NCBI GenBank assembly: GCA_004296805.1
Contig: SCVR01000175.1
Span: 1 to 56,999 of the forward strand
DNA: 56,999 nt
Direction: 5' to 3'
Origin: Dehalococcoidia bacterium
Lineage (GTDB): Bacteria > Chloroflexota > Dehalococcoidia > UBA2979
Position numbers and translations under genes: made by a program. How positions within the stretch are numbered: the first letter of the stretch is position 1; each line of letters begins with the position of its first letter. Below are positions 1 to 8,031 of the stretch, one piece after another. Under the pieces are notes generated by a model. The model was not told the DNA's origin, searched no databases, and saw nothing but the letters and a program-made list of their open reading frames with translations.

Positions 1-385
1 GCAGATGTCGAACTTCCTGTACCTGAGCCTGATCGTGGGTGTGACGGGGCTGGCGTTCGGGACCTCGGGGCCGGCGGCGAACAACGCGGCGATCGAGCTG
101 GCGCCGGACAAGATCGCGGCGATCACGGGGTTGCGCGGGATGTTCCGGACGCTGGGCGGGACGCTGGGTACGGCGGTGGTGGTGCTGGTGGCGTCCCGGG
201 CGTCCTCGGAGGCGTCGGGGTTGCAGACGGCGTTCCTGGGGCTGGCGTTCGTGAACGTGGTGACGATCGGGCTGGTGTTCGGGATTTCGGACAAGGTGGG
301 CGCGCGCGAGGCGGTGACGCTGGCGGCGAATCGCGCGGCGGCGGAGGCTCGTCTGGAGTCGGAGGCAGCGAAGGGCGCGCCGTAA
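1..385 (+). CDS. MFS transporter, C-terminal fragment (5' end lies outside the window)
   Basis: ORF 5..385 is in an open frame from the window edge. It is hydrophobic and TM-rich (LSLIVGVTGLAFG..., GTLGTAVVVLVAS) with a charged tail, typical of the last helices of an MFS protein. Confidence 0.55.
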   Translation, partial: QMSNFLYLSLIVGVTGLAFGTSGPAANNAAIELAPDKIAAITGLRGMFRTLGGTLGTAVVVLVASRASSEASGLQTAFLGLAFVNVVTIGLVFGISDKVGAREAVTLAANRAAAEARLESEAAKGAP

Positions 386-407
386 AGGGACTGCGGTTGG
401 GCCTCGG

Positions 408-896
408 CTAGTCGTTGCCGAGGGGGTGCGTGGTGGGGGCGTCGGCGCGGTGGCCCTTTTCGACGGAGCGGCCCTGTTTGGCCTCGAGGCGCGCGAGGGC
501 GCGGCCTTTGTCGGGGGTCGGGTCAGGGCGGACGCCGTAGGCCTCGCGGCCTTCGTGGTCCTCTGGCAGGTGTTCGGTGATGGGAAGACCTTCCTCATCG
601 CAGAAGAGCAGTCAGTGGCAGTACTTCCAGCGCTGCATCTCTTCGCAGGGGCAGATCCAGAACTTCTTTTCGATCTCCGCCTGCTTGTCCTCGAAGAACA
701 TGCAGGGGCAGAGGGGCTTGCCGAGTTCGTCGGCGTTTTTGGCGAGGCCGATGACGAGGAATTCGGTGATTTCGCGCTGCGGGTGGAGGTGGGTGCCGGA
801 CTTTTCGGCGAAGTTCTCGACGAACTTCCACATCTTCGCCATGGTCTCGGGCTTCGCGACGGCGCGGTCGGCGTCGGAGGGCTGATCGAGGGTCAT
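408..896 (-). CDS. Ferredoxin:thioredoxin reductase catalytic-subunit-like protein, probable selenoprotein (UGA at 612..614 read as Sec)
   Basis: ORF-track entry 612..896 ends ...LCPCMFFEDKQAEIEKKFWICPCEEMQRWKYCH at TGA. The same frame has no further stop for 67 codons until TAG at 408..410 and continues LLFCDEEGLPITEH.... The spacing matches CPC-X16-CPC-X8-CH[C] exactly, with TGA at the last Cys position. Third codon positions stay G/C-rich after the TGA. GGGAG lies 5 nt upstream of the ATG at 896. Confidence 0.65.
579..599 (-). promoter_or_regulatory. Candidate bacterial SECIS hairpin
   Basis: The mRNA reads GAUGAGGAAGGUCUUCCCAUC, starting 13 nt after the UGA. It forms an 8 bp stem with one bulged A on the 5' side and a GGUC apical tetraloop. 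This is the same architecture as the E. coli fdhF minimal SECIS as I recall it (bulged U, GGUC loop), shifted by one codon. Confidence 0.5.
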
Positions 897-993
897 CGCG
901 GCTCCCGTGCAGGCGGTTCGGATTCAGTGTGGGGCCGGGTGGCGGGGGTCGCAACCGGGGGCCGGGGGGTGCTTCGGGCGCTAGGATTGCGGC

Positions 994-1090
994 GGGAGTG
1001 GATGGCGTCCGGTGATGTCCTCGATCTTCAAAATCGGTGTGGGGTCGCGTTGCGGTCCCAGGTGGGTTCGACACCCACGCACTCCCGCCA
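994..1090 (+). tRNA. selC: tRNA-Sec (anticodon UCA)
   Basis: Hand-folded. The acceptor GGGAGUG(G) pairs with CACUCCC, followed by discriminator G and an encoded CCA. The D-stem is 6 bp (GGCGUC/GAUGUC) with a CGGU loop. The anticodon loop is CUUCAAA (UCA at 1028..1030). The extra arm is 9 bp (1040..1060). The T-arm is GUGGG-UUCGACA-CCCAC. The overall layout closely parallels E. coli selC. The 8th acceptor pair would be a G/G mismatch. Confidence 0.85.
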
Positions 1091-1575
1091 TATTGAACAG
1101 ACCCTCACCCTCCGTGTTTTCTGGATCTTCACCCTCCAAACCTCCCTCTCCCTCCATGAGGGCGAGGGAGGCTTCAGAGTCCCTCCCCCTGCCCTCCCTC
1201 AAGGGAGGGTGGTTCGCTTTGCGTCTGCGGGTGCGAGGAGGGGCGTCGTGTGCAGCGCGCTCGCCTCGACGTGGGGTGGGCTGGTGGTGTCGTCTGCGTG
1301 GGGGTAGGTCGAGGTGGGGCCGGTCTTGCGTGTTGCGTGGGCGAGAGGGTTTCGGGGGGGACGTGGAGCGAGGCACCCCTCCGTCGCGACTGCGACAGGG
1401 AGGTGCCTCGGATGCGCTCGGGTGTGAGGGTTAGAAGACCCAGACGAGCAGAACGATGATGAGGATGAGCGCGACTGCGCCACCGCCGATGTACATGGGT
1501 GTCCTGTCTCAGCGCGGTGTCGTCGCTGATGGTGTGGTTGAGGGAGGGCGTCCAGCGGACGCCCTCGTTGTGTGC

Positions 1576-1773
1576 CTAGCGCTTGATGGCGTCGGAGGCT
1601 TTGCCGACGGCGTCTTTGGCGCCGCCGATGGCCTGCTGGGCCTTGCCCTTTGCCTGCTGCGCGTTGCCACGCTGTTCGAGACCTTCGTTGCCGGTGGCCT
1701 TACCGGCGGCTTCGCGGGCGGCGCCCGCAGCCTCGTTGCCCTTGCCCATGACCTTGTCGCGCTTACCTGACAT
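1576..1773 (-). CDS. CsbD-family general stress protein
   Basis: MSGKRDKVMGKGNEAAGAAREAAGKATGNEGLEQRGNAQQAKGKAQQAIGGAKDAVGKASDAIKR shows the typical CsbD composition and length. The internal ATG at 1773 is preceded by AGGAG. The longer 1576..1839 ORF start is unlikely. Confidence 0.8.
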   Translation of the reverse strand: MSGKRDKVMGKGNEAAGAAREAAGKATGNEGLEQRGNAQQAKGKAQQAIGGAKDAVGKASDAIKR

Positions 1774-1947
1774 CGATATCGCTCCTGGTTCTGACGCCAC
1801 GGCGGTGCCGGGGCTGGTCGTTTCGTCTCGTGGCTCCATGCTGTCATCGGGAGCGTCGCAATCTCGTCGTGGATCGGGCGTGGGTGCATCACTGCCGTTG
1901 CATTCGGGCAGGTGAGGCGGGCGCGAGCCGGGGGGAGGCCTCGAGGG

Positions 1948-3231
1948 CTACTGGATCCGGCGGACGGGGGTCCAGGTGAGCATGAAGGCGAGGAAGCAGA
2001 TGGTGGCGGCGACCATGAAGGCGCCGATGCCTTTCTGGGCGCCCCAGGCGGAGATGGCGAAGGCCATGGGGAATGAGCCGATGGCCTGGATGCCGCTGGT
2101 CATCTGGTTGACGGCCATGACGCGGCCTCGCATCTCGTTGCGGGTGACCTGGTGGAGCAGGGTGCTCTGCAGGGCGGTGGCAACGGAGTGGAAGATGCCG
2201 CCGGTGGCGAGGATGGCGAGTGAGAGGACGTAGGTGGACGAGGTGGAGAAGCCGATGAGGATGACGGCATAGGCGAGGTAGCAGCCGATCATGAGCCAGC
2301 CTCGATGTCGCGCGCTTCCGAGGTAGGCGAGGGAGAAGAGTCCGAGGAGTGAGCCCCAGCCCATCATGGAGGAGAGCATCCCGAAGCCGGCGTTACCTCG
2401 ATGGAGGACTTCCTCGGAGACGATCTTGAGGAAGGGGATGTAGGGGTAGATCAGGAGCGAGGGGATCATCGTGATGATGAGGAGGCCGAGGATCCGCTTG
2501 TCCGCCCAGGAGTAGGCGAAGCCCTGTCCGATCATGCGCCACGGGGAGACCGTGGTGACGCGGACCTGTCGGGTGGTGTGACTGATGCGCAGCGTGGCGA
2601 TGGTGGCAGCAACCTGGAGCGCCACGAGCATGACGAGGGCGGACGCGACGCCCCACGCGGCCATCATGATCCCGAAGCCCGACGGCCCGAGGACGCGCGA
2701 GACGTTCTGGACCATGGAGTTCACGGCGACGGCGTTCGGCAACGTCTCGTCCGTGGTGACGTCGTAGACGAAGGCCTGACGTGCGGGTTGGTTGATGGAC
2801 TGCGCGAGCCCGCCACCGAAGGCGATGAGGTAGACGTGCCAGACGTGCGCGAGGTCGAGCAGGACGAGCGCAGCGAGGCTCGCGGCCATGGTGGCATCGA
2901 GGAGGGTGGAGGCGACGATGATGCGGCGGCGAGGGAAGCGATCCGAGAGGTAGCCGCCGTAGGGGGCGATGAGCGTGCCGACACCGCCTCGGAAGGCGGC
3001 GACGGCGCCGAGTTGCACGGCGGAGCCGGTCATCTCGTAGACGAGGGCGAAGAGGGCGAGTTGCTTGGCCCATTGCGCGAAGCCGGCGGCGAGGGTGGAG
3101 AGCGTGAGGTAGCGGAAGTCGCGCAGTCTGAACGAGATGAAGATTTCGCCCGTGGAGGCTCGCGCCCGCTGCTGTGGCGGTTGCGTTTGAGGCGCGTGGG
3201 ATCCCGACTCAGGTAGGCGGCCTGTTGCCAT
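1948..3231 (-). CDS. MFS transporter
   Basis: 427 aa with about 12 predicted hydrophobic segments. It has an MFS loop motif (GGYLSDRFPRRRII). Confidence 0.8.
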   Translation of the reverse strand: MATGRLPESGSHAPQTQPPQQRARASTGEIFISFRLRDFRYLTLSTLAAGFAQWAKQLALFALVYEMTGSAVQLGAVAAFRGGVGTLIAPYGGYLSDRFPRRRIIVASTLLDATMAASLAALVLLDLAHVWHVYLIAFGGGLAQSINQPARQAFVYDVTTDETLPNAVAVNSMVQNVSRVLGPSGFGIMMAAWGVASALVMLVALQVAATIATLRISHTTRQVRVTTVSPWRMIGQGFAYSWADKRILGLLIITMIPSLLIYPYIPFLKIVSEEVLHRGNAGFGMLSSMMGWGSLLGLFSLAYLGSARHRGWLMIGCYLAYAVILIGFSTSSTYVLSLAILATGGIFHSVATALQSTLLHQVTRNEMRGRVMAVNQMTSGIQAIGSFPMAFAISAWGAQKGIGAFMVAATICFLAFMLTWTPVRRIQ

Positions 3232-3329
3232 GGCTTGCCTCGATTGCGGCGGACGATATCAGGTGGCTGGTGGTCACACGCACTTCGCTGGTGGGGCGCG
3301 ACTAGGATCGCGGCGCAGGTGAGGGGGAA

Positions 3330-4235
3330 GTGATGCGTGCACTGGTGGTGGACCCGGACGTCGAGGGGAAGTTGCGGCTGGGGGAGGCGCCCGAGCCGGA
3401 GCCTCACGCTGGCCAGGTGCTGGTGTCCGTGCAGCACATCTCCCTGAACTACGGTGACCTGCGTGGGGCGCAGGCGCGGCCCGCGGGGTTCGTGCCGGGG
3501 TGGGACGCCTCAGGTGTGGTGCTGCGGGCGGCCTCCGGTGGCGGCGGGCCGGCGGTGGGGACGCGGGTGGTGACGACGATGTCGACGCAGGCAGGCTGGG
3601 CCGAGCGTCGTGCGGTGGACCTGGACGAGCTCGCGGTGGTGCCGGGAGAGATCGATCTGGGTGTGGCGTCGACGTTGCCGGTGGCGGGGGTGTCGGCGCT
3701 GCGGGCGCTGCGCCGGTCGGGCGCGCTGCTGGGGCGTCGCGTGTTGGTGACGGGCGCCTCGGGTGGCGTGGGACGCTTCGCGGTGCAGTTGGCGGCGCTG
3801 GGTGGCGCGCATGTGATCGCGAGCGTGGGGTCGGTGGCGCGCGGCGAGGGGTTGCGCGCGCTCGGCGCCTCGGAGGTGGTGGTGGGCCTCGACGGTGTGA
3901 CGAGCCCGATCCATGTGGTGATCGACAGCGTAGGCGGCTCGCAGTTGGTGAAGGTGTGGGGGCTGCTAGGTGAGGGCGGCGTAGTGCAGTGCATCGGCAC
4001 CACATCACAGGAGCCAGCGGCGTTCCCTTCGCTGGTGGGGATGAAGCGTTCGATCGAGGCGTTCACGAAGGGCCCGCACTCGGGCGAGGACATCGCGTAC
4101 CTGTTGAGCCTGATGCAGGCGGGGAAGTTGCAGGTGGACGTCGGCTGGCGGGGGTCGTGGTCGCGGATCGCGGAGGCGGGCGCGGCGCTGTTCGGGCGTC
4201 AGGTGGCGGGGAAGGCTGTGCTGGACGTGGACTGA
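3330..4235 (+). CDS. Zinc-type alcohol dehydrogenase / quinone oxidoreductase family (MDR) protein
   Basis: MRALVVDP...GQVLVSVQHISLNYGDL... followed by a Rossmann motif VLVTGASGGVGRFAVQLA. Confidence 0.8.
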   Translation: MMRALVVDPDVEGKLRLGEAPEPEPHAGQVLVSVQHISLNYGDLRGAQARPAGFVPGWDASGVVLRAASGGGGPAVGTRVVTTMSTQAGWAERRAVDLDELAVVPGEIDLGVASTLPVAGVSALRALRRSGALLGRRVLVTGASGGVGRFAVQLAALGGAHVIASVGSVARGEGLRALGASEVVVGLDGVTSPIHVVIDSVGGSQLVKVWGLLGEGGVVQCIGTTSQEPAAFPSLVGMKRSIEAFTKGPHSGEDIAYLLSLMQAGKLQVDVGWRGSWSRIAEAGAALFGRQVAGKAVLDVD

Positions 4236-4258
4236 CCAGCCCCCTCTCAGGGGGCTGG
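4236..4258. terminator. Hairpin between convergent genes (possible bidirectional terminator)
   Basis: CCAGCCCCC-TCTCA-GGGGGCTGG, a 9 bp perfect stem immediately after the stop at 4235 and before the convergent gene end at 4283. Confidence 0.5.
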
Positions 4259-4282
4259 TCTGCACCTCTATGGAGGTGATGT

Positions 4283-4624
4283 CTACGCGGGCGAGCCGTA
4301 GGCGTTCGCGCCTTCGCTCGGCTGGATCATCAGGTAGACGAGGTAGATCCATCCCAGGATCGGGATCAGGATCAACAGCATCCACTTCCAGGACTTGCCG
4401 ATGTCGTGCAGGCGTCGCACGCCAACGCCGAGGGACGGCAGCAGCAACCCCAGGCTCGCCAGCGGCGCCACGAGTTGCATCCCCAGACCGCCGTCGATCG
4501 CGCTCGCAATCGTGCTCACCAGAATCTGGAAGAGTACGAAGTACCAGTAGGCGCTGCGGCTCGCGCGGCCGGTGAAGACTGCATAGTTGGTGAGACCGGA
4601 CCGGACTGCTTCGGTAAATGTCAT
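4283..4624 (-). CDS. DUF805-family inner membrane protein
   Basis: RASRSAYWYFVLFQ...VRRLHDIGKSWKWMLLILIPILGW is the characteristic DUF805 (YhaH/YhaI-like) pattern. Confidence 0.8.
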   Translation of the reverse strand: MTFTEAVRSGLTNYAVFTGRASRSAYWYFVLFQILVSTIASAIDGGLGMQLVAPLASLGLLLPSLGVGVRRLHDIGKSWKWMLLILIPILGWIYLVYLMIQPSEGANAYGSPA

Positions 4625-4747
4625 GGCTGACCCCTCATTCCACGACCCACCGCGCCCCTACGGTACTCCTTCGCACCGCCTTTCACGCGTCTCCTGCGGT
4701 CGTCGTACTCTTGCGCGCGCACCGCGCAGATTCGAGGGAGGCCGGGG

Positions 4748-5578
4748 ATGGCGTACGAGGACATCATCTATGAGGTGGACGGGCCGATCGCGACGATCCG
4801 GCTGAACCGGCCGCACTACCGAAACGCGCAGTCGTACAAGCTGCTCGATGAGGTGGGGCTCGCGTTCGACGAGGCGGAGCGCAGCAAGGATGTGCGTGTC
4901 GTCATCGTGCGCGGGTCGGGCGGGAACTTCTCGTCAGGGCATGACCTCGGTACCCCTGAGGGGACGGCGTACCGCGAGTCGCTGGGCGCCGTCGATGGGC
5001 TCGACCGGTACGACCAGTTCAAGCGCTACAACCTCGACCTGCTGCTGAAGTGGCGGAATCTGCAGAAGCCGACGATCGCGATGGTGGAGGGGTACTGCAT
5101 CTACGCGGGGTGGATGCTGGCGGGGTGCCTCGACCTCGTCTTCGCGGCGCAGGACGCGCGGTTCCTTCCGGGGTTCATCGAGTACATGTCGGTGCCGTGG
5201 GACCTGGGTGTGAAGCGGGCGAAGGAGCTGGTGTTCGAGAGTCGGTTCCTGAGCGCGCAGGAGGCGCACGACTACGGGTTCGTGAACCGCGTGCTGGCGC
5301 CAGAGGACCTGGAACGTGAGACGTACGCGTACGCGCGTCGCGTGGCGGAGAACCACCCGATGACGGTGCGGATCTCAAAGGTCGCGATGAACAAGGCGCA
5401 GGACATCCAGGGCTACACGAGCCACCTGGAAGATGTGCTGGGTGACTACATGGCGTGGTCGTCCTACATGGCGGGCGAGTCGCGGATGCAGGGGCAGCGA
5501 CGGCTCGCGGCAGTGGACCTCGCGGTGCGGGGGCTGAAGGGCGACCGGTTCGGTCTGTCGGGGGCCTCGGGCGTCTAG
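4748..5578 (+). CDS. Enoyl-CoA hydratase/isomerase (crotonase) family protein
   Basis: GPIATIRLNRPHYRNAQS...VVIVRGSGGNFSSGHDL...PTIAMVEGYCIYAGW is a crotonase fold signature. Confidence 0.85.
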   Translation: MAYEDIIYEVDGPIATIRLNRPHYRNAQSYKLLDEVGLAFDEAERSKDVRVVIVRGSGGNFSSGHDLGTPEGTAYRESLGAVDGLDRYDQFKRYNLDLLLKWRNLQKPTIAMVEGYCIYAGWMLAGCLDLVFAAQDARFLPGFIEYMSVPWDLGVKRAKELVFESRFLSAQEAHDYGFVNRVLAPEDLERETYAYARRVAENHPMTVRISKVAMNKAQDIQGYTSHLEDVLGDYMAWSSYMAGESRMQGQRRLAAVDLAVRGLKGDRFGLSGASGV

Positions 5579-5588
5579 CGCGCGAGGC

Positions 5589-6929
5589 CTATCTGGTTGC
5601 GGTGAGCGCCTCGTCCGGTTGGACGGGGCGCTTTGGTGTGGGGGTGAGCATGATGAGGGCGGCGGCGGCGATGTAGGTGCCGATGAAGAGGTGGAAGGCC
5701 GAGGTGTACGACCCGAAGTGGTCGTAGGCGAAGCCGGCGAAGACGGGGCCGCCGGCGCTGGAGACGATGGTGAACGGCTGGGCGAGGCTGCGGACGGTGC
5801 CGAGGCTGAGGCGTCCGAAGAAGTCAGCCCAGACCACCTCCTGCACGGTGACGACGCCACCGATGCCGATGCCCATGGTGAAGATGGATGCGTAGAGCGG
5901 CGCGAGCGTGTGGGACGCGAGGATGAGGGTGATGCCGAGGCCCATGAGCAGGAACTCGGCGGCGGCACATCGACGGATGGGGAAGCGGTCCAGGGCGATG
6001 CCCCAGAGGGGCTTCGAGAGCAGGCCGGAGACGCCGATCATGCCGAAGGCGCCGGCGGCCTCGCCGCGCGTGAAGCCAGCGTCGGTCATGTAGGGGATGA
6101 GGTGGAGTAGCAGCGCACCCATGCCGGTACTCGCGAGGCCGAAGGTGGCGACGAGCATCCACAGCGTGGGTGTGCGCGCGGCGGCCTGCCTCGTCCAGCG
6201 CACATCTGAGGCGACGCGCGCGGAAACACGGGCGCCGGCGAGCGGTGCGGCGTCGCCGTCCGGGCGGAGGCCGAAGTCCTCGGGGCGCCGCCGCATCGCG
6301 AGGAGTGCGGCAGGGATGACGGTGCACCAGACGGCGACGCCGATGGCGAGCCAGGCGTTGCGCCAACCCCAGGCATCGATCATGCGGTCCGCCACCGTCG
6401 GCAGCAGGAGTGCGGCGACGGAGGTGCCCATGACGCCGATGGCGATGGCGCGGCCTCGACGGCGGACGAACCAGTTGGAGAGGGCGACGTTGACCACGAG
6501 GTTGCCCATGCCGATGGAGCCGACGGCGACGAGGCCGGCACGGACGAGGTAGTACTGCCAGAGCTCGTGGACGTGCCCGAGCATGATGAAGCCGAAGCCA
6601 CCGATGATCGCGCCGCCGACCATCAACGCCCGCCCGCCGCGCGCGTCCATGCGCCGTCCGATGGCGACGCCGAGGATGCCGGTGACGAAGGTGGTGAGGG
6701 TCTGGCCGAGCGAGATGTCCGTGCGCGACCAGCCGAGTTCCTGGGTCATCGGCTTGAGGAAAACACCCATCGAGTAGGCCGTGATGCCCATGGACATCAT
6801 CGACGAGACGAAGGCGACGCCGACGATGTACCAGCCGTAATAGAAGGAGCGTCCGAGCAACTGCGTGGGCAGCGGGAGGCGGGCAGGCCTCTCGATGGGA
6901 TCAGCGGCTGGGCTGGCGGGCAGCGCCAT
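5589..6929 (-). CDS. MFS transporter (oxalate/formate antiporter-like)
   Basis: FYYGWYIVGVAFVSSMMSMG... and 12-TM-like hydrophobicity. I chose the start at ATG 6929 (MALPAS...) because the N-terminal 53 aa of the 499-aa ORF are Arg/Pro-rich and non-protein-like. Confidence 0.75.
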   Translation of the reverse strand: MALPASPAADPIERPARLPLPTQLLGRSFYYGWYIVGVAFVSSMMSMGITAYSMGVFLKPMTQELGWSRTDISLGQTLTTFVTGILGVAIGRRMDARGGRALMVGGAIIGGFGFIMLGHVHELWQYYLVRAGLVAVGSIGMGNLVVNVALSNWFVRRRGRAIAIGVMGTSVAALLLPTVADRMIDAWGWRNAWLAIGVAVWCTVIPAALLAMRRRPEDFGLRPDGDAAPLAGARVSARVASDVRWTRQAAARTPTLWMLVATFGLASTGMGALLLHLIPYMTDAGFTRGEAAGAFGMIGVSGLLSKPLWGIALDRFPIRRCAAAEFLLMGLGITLILASHTLAPLYASIFTMGIGIGGVVTVQEVVWADFFGRLSLGTVRSLAQPFTIVSSAGGPVFAGFAYDHFGSYTSAFHLFIGTYIAAAALIMLTPTPKRPVQPDEALTATR

Positions 6930-6969
6930 CGCGCACCTCGATGCTCGGCGGGAGTGTACGCCGCGGCGT

Positions 6970-7785
6970 CTAGCGCCCCGTCCACTTCGGGGGGCGGTTT
7001 TCCAGGAAGGCGTTACGACCCTCGCCAGCGTCCTCGGAGAGTGCGGCCCGGGTGCCCGCCCATGCCTCGTTCTGGAGCTGGCGCTCAAGGCCCTCGCGGG
7101 TGAGGTCGTTGACGATTTGCTTGGTCAGTTCGATGGCGACGGAGGGGCCGTTCGCGAGTCTGCGGGCGAGGGCCATGGTTTCGTCCATGAGGCGTTCGGG
7201 TTCGACGAGGCGATTCGCGAGGCCCCACTGGTAGGCGGTGGTGGCGTCCACCTCGTCGCCGGTGATGAGCATCTCGATCATGCGCCCGCGGCCGATGAGC
7301 TGGTTGAGGTGATAGGTGGTGCCGGTGTCCGGGATGATGCCGCGTCGCATGAAGACGGCGATGAAGCGGGCGGCGGTGGAGGCGATGCGGATGTCGGCGG
7401 CGAGGGCGAGCGAGAGGCCCGCGCCCGCGGAGACGCCGTTGACCGCGGCGATCATCGGCTTGGGATAGTGGCCGAGGGCGGCATAGAGGACGCCCCAATG
7501 GCCGATCGGGCCGCGGAGCATGCGGCGATGGCCGGCGTCGTTGTCCATGTGGACATCGGCTTCGCGCTCCGCGGCGGTGGCGGCGAGGTCGGCGCCGGCG
7601 CAGAAGCCTCTGCCAGCACCGGTGATGACGAGGACCTTGGTGGCGTCGTCGTGCTGGGTGGTCTCGACGACGTGAAGGAGTTCGTGGACGAGTCGGGGAT
7701 TGATGGCGTTGAGTCGTTCCGGGCGGTTGAGGGTGACCACGGCGACGCCGTCCTCGTGCTGGAAGAGGAGTTCCTGATAGTCCAC
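6970..7785 (-). CDS. Enoyl-CoA hydratase/isomerase family protein
   Basis: DGVAVVTLNRPERLNAINP...VLVITGAGRGFCAGADL...KPMIAAVNGVSAGAGLSLALA. I chose GTG 7785 as the start because it has a GAGGTGGA SD upstream. The upstream part of the 364-aa ORF looks non-coding. Confidence 0.8.
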   Translation of the reverse strand: MDYQELLFQHEDGVAVVTLNRPERLNAINPRLVHELLHVVETTQHDDATKVLVITGAGRGFCAGADLAATAAEREADVHMDNDAGHRRMLRGPIGHWGVLYAALGHYPKPMIAAVNGVSAGAGLSLALAADIRIASTAARFIAVFMRRGIIPDTGTTYHLNQLIGRGRMIEMLITGDEVDATTAYQWGLANRLVEPERLMDETMALARRLANGPSVAIELTKQIVNDLTREGLERQLQNEAWAGTRAALSEDAGEGRNAFLENRPPKWTGR

Positions 7786-8031
7786 GCGCCGTCCACCTCT
7801 CTGCGCCTTGCCGCGGCCTCGATGGCCGTCGGACTGGTGGGCGCAGTATGCCGGGTGCAGCGCGTGGATTTGTGACGCGCTACGCGAATCGCGCGGTGCG
7901 GGTGCTGCGGCGGGTGATATCGAAGTTCTTGTGACTGAGCGTGGGCCCTCGCGTAGTTCCTTGACAGGCCCCGGCTTGCGTCCGACGCTCGCCGCTCGCG
8001 CGTGAGGCGCGGAGGAGCAGGGAGCATTGGG

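Noticed and set aside
612-614. Reading the TGA in the FTR-like gene as an ordinary stop or a pseudogenising nonsense mutation
   Set aside because: Not excluded, but disfavoured. The TGA sits exactly on an invariant catalytic Cys column. The frame stays open with homologous-looking sequence (LLFC...) and coding-like GC3 for 67 codons. A GGUC-loop hairpin follows at SECIS-like distance, and a tRNA-Sec gene lies ~380 nt away. A truncated 94-aa product would lack part of the active site.
994-1500. A genomic island integrated at selC (and likewise at tRNA-His, 23736..23812)
   Set aside because: I saw no integrase or recombinase gene and no direct repeat of the tRNA 3' end in the flanks. There is no compositional shift, and downstream genes look like ordinary chromosomal genes. 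This cannot be fully excluded without whole-genome comparison.
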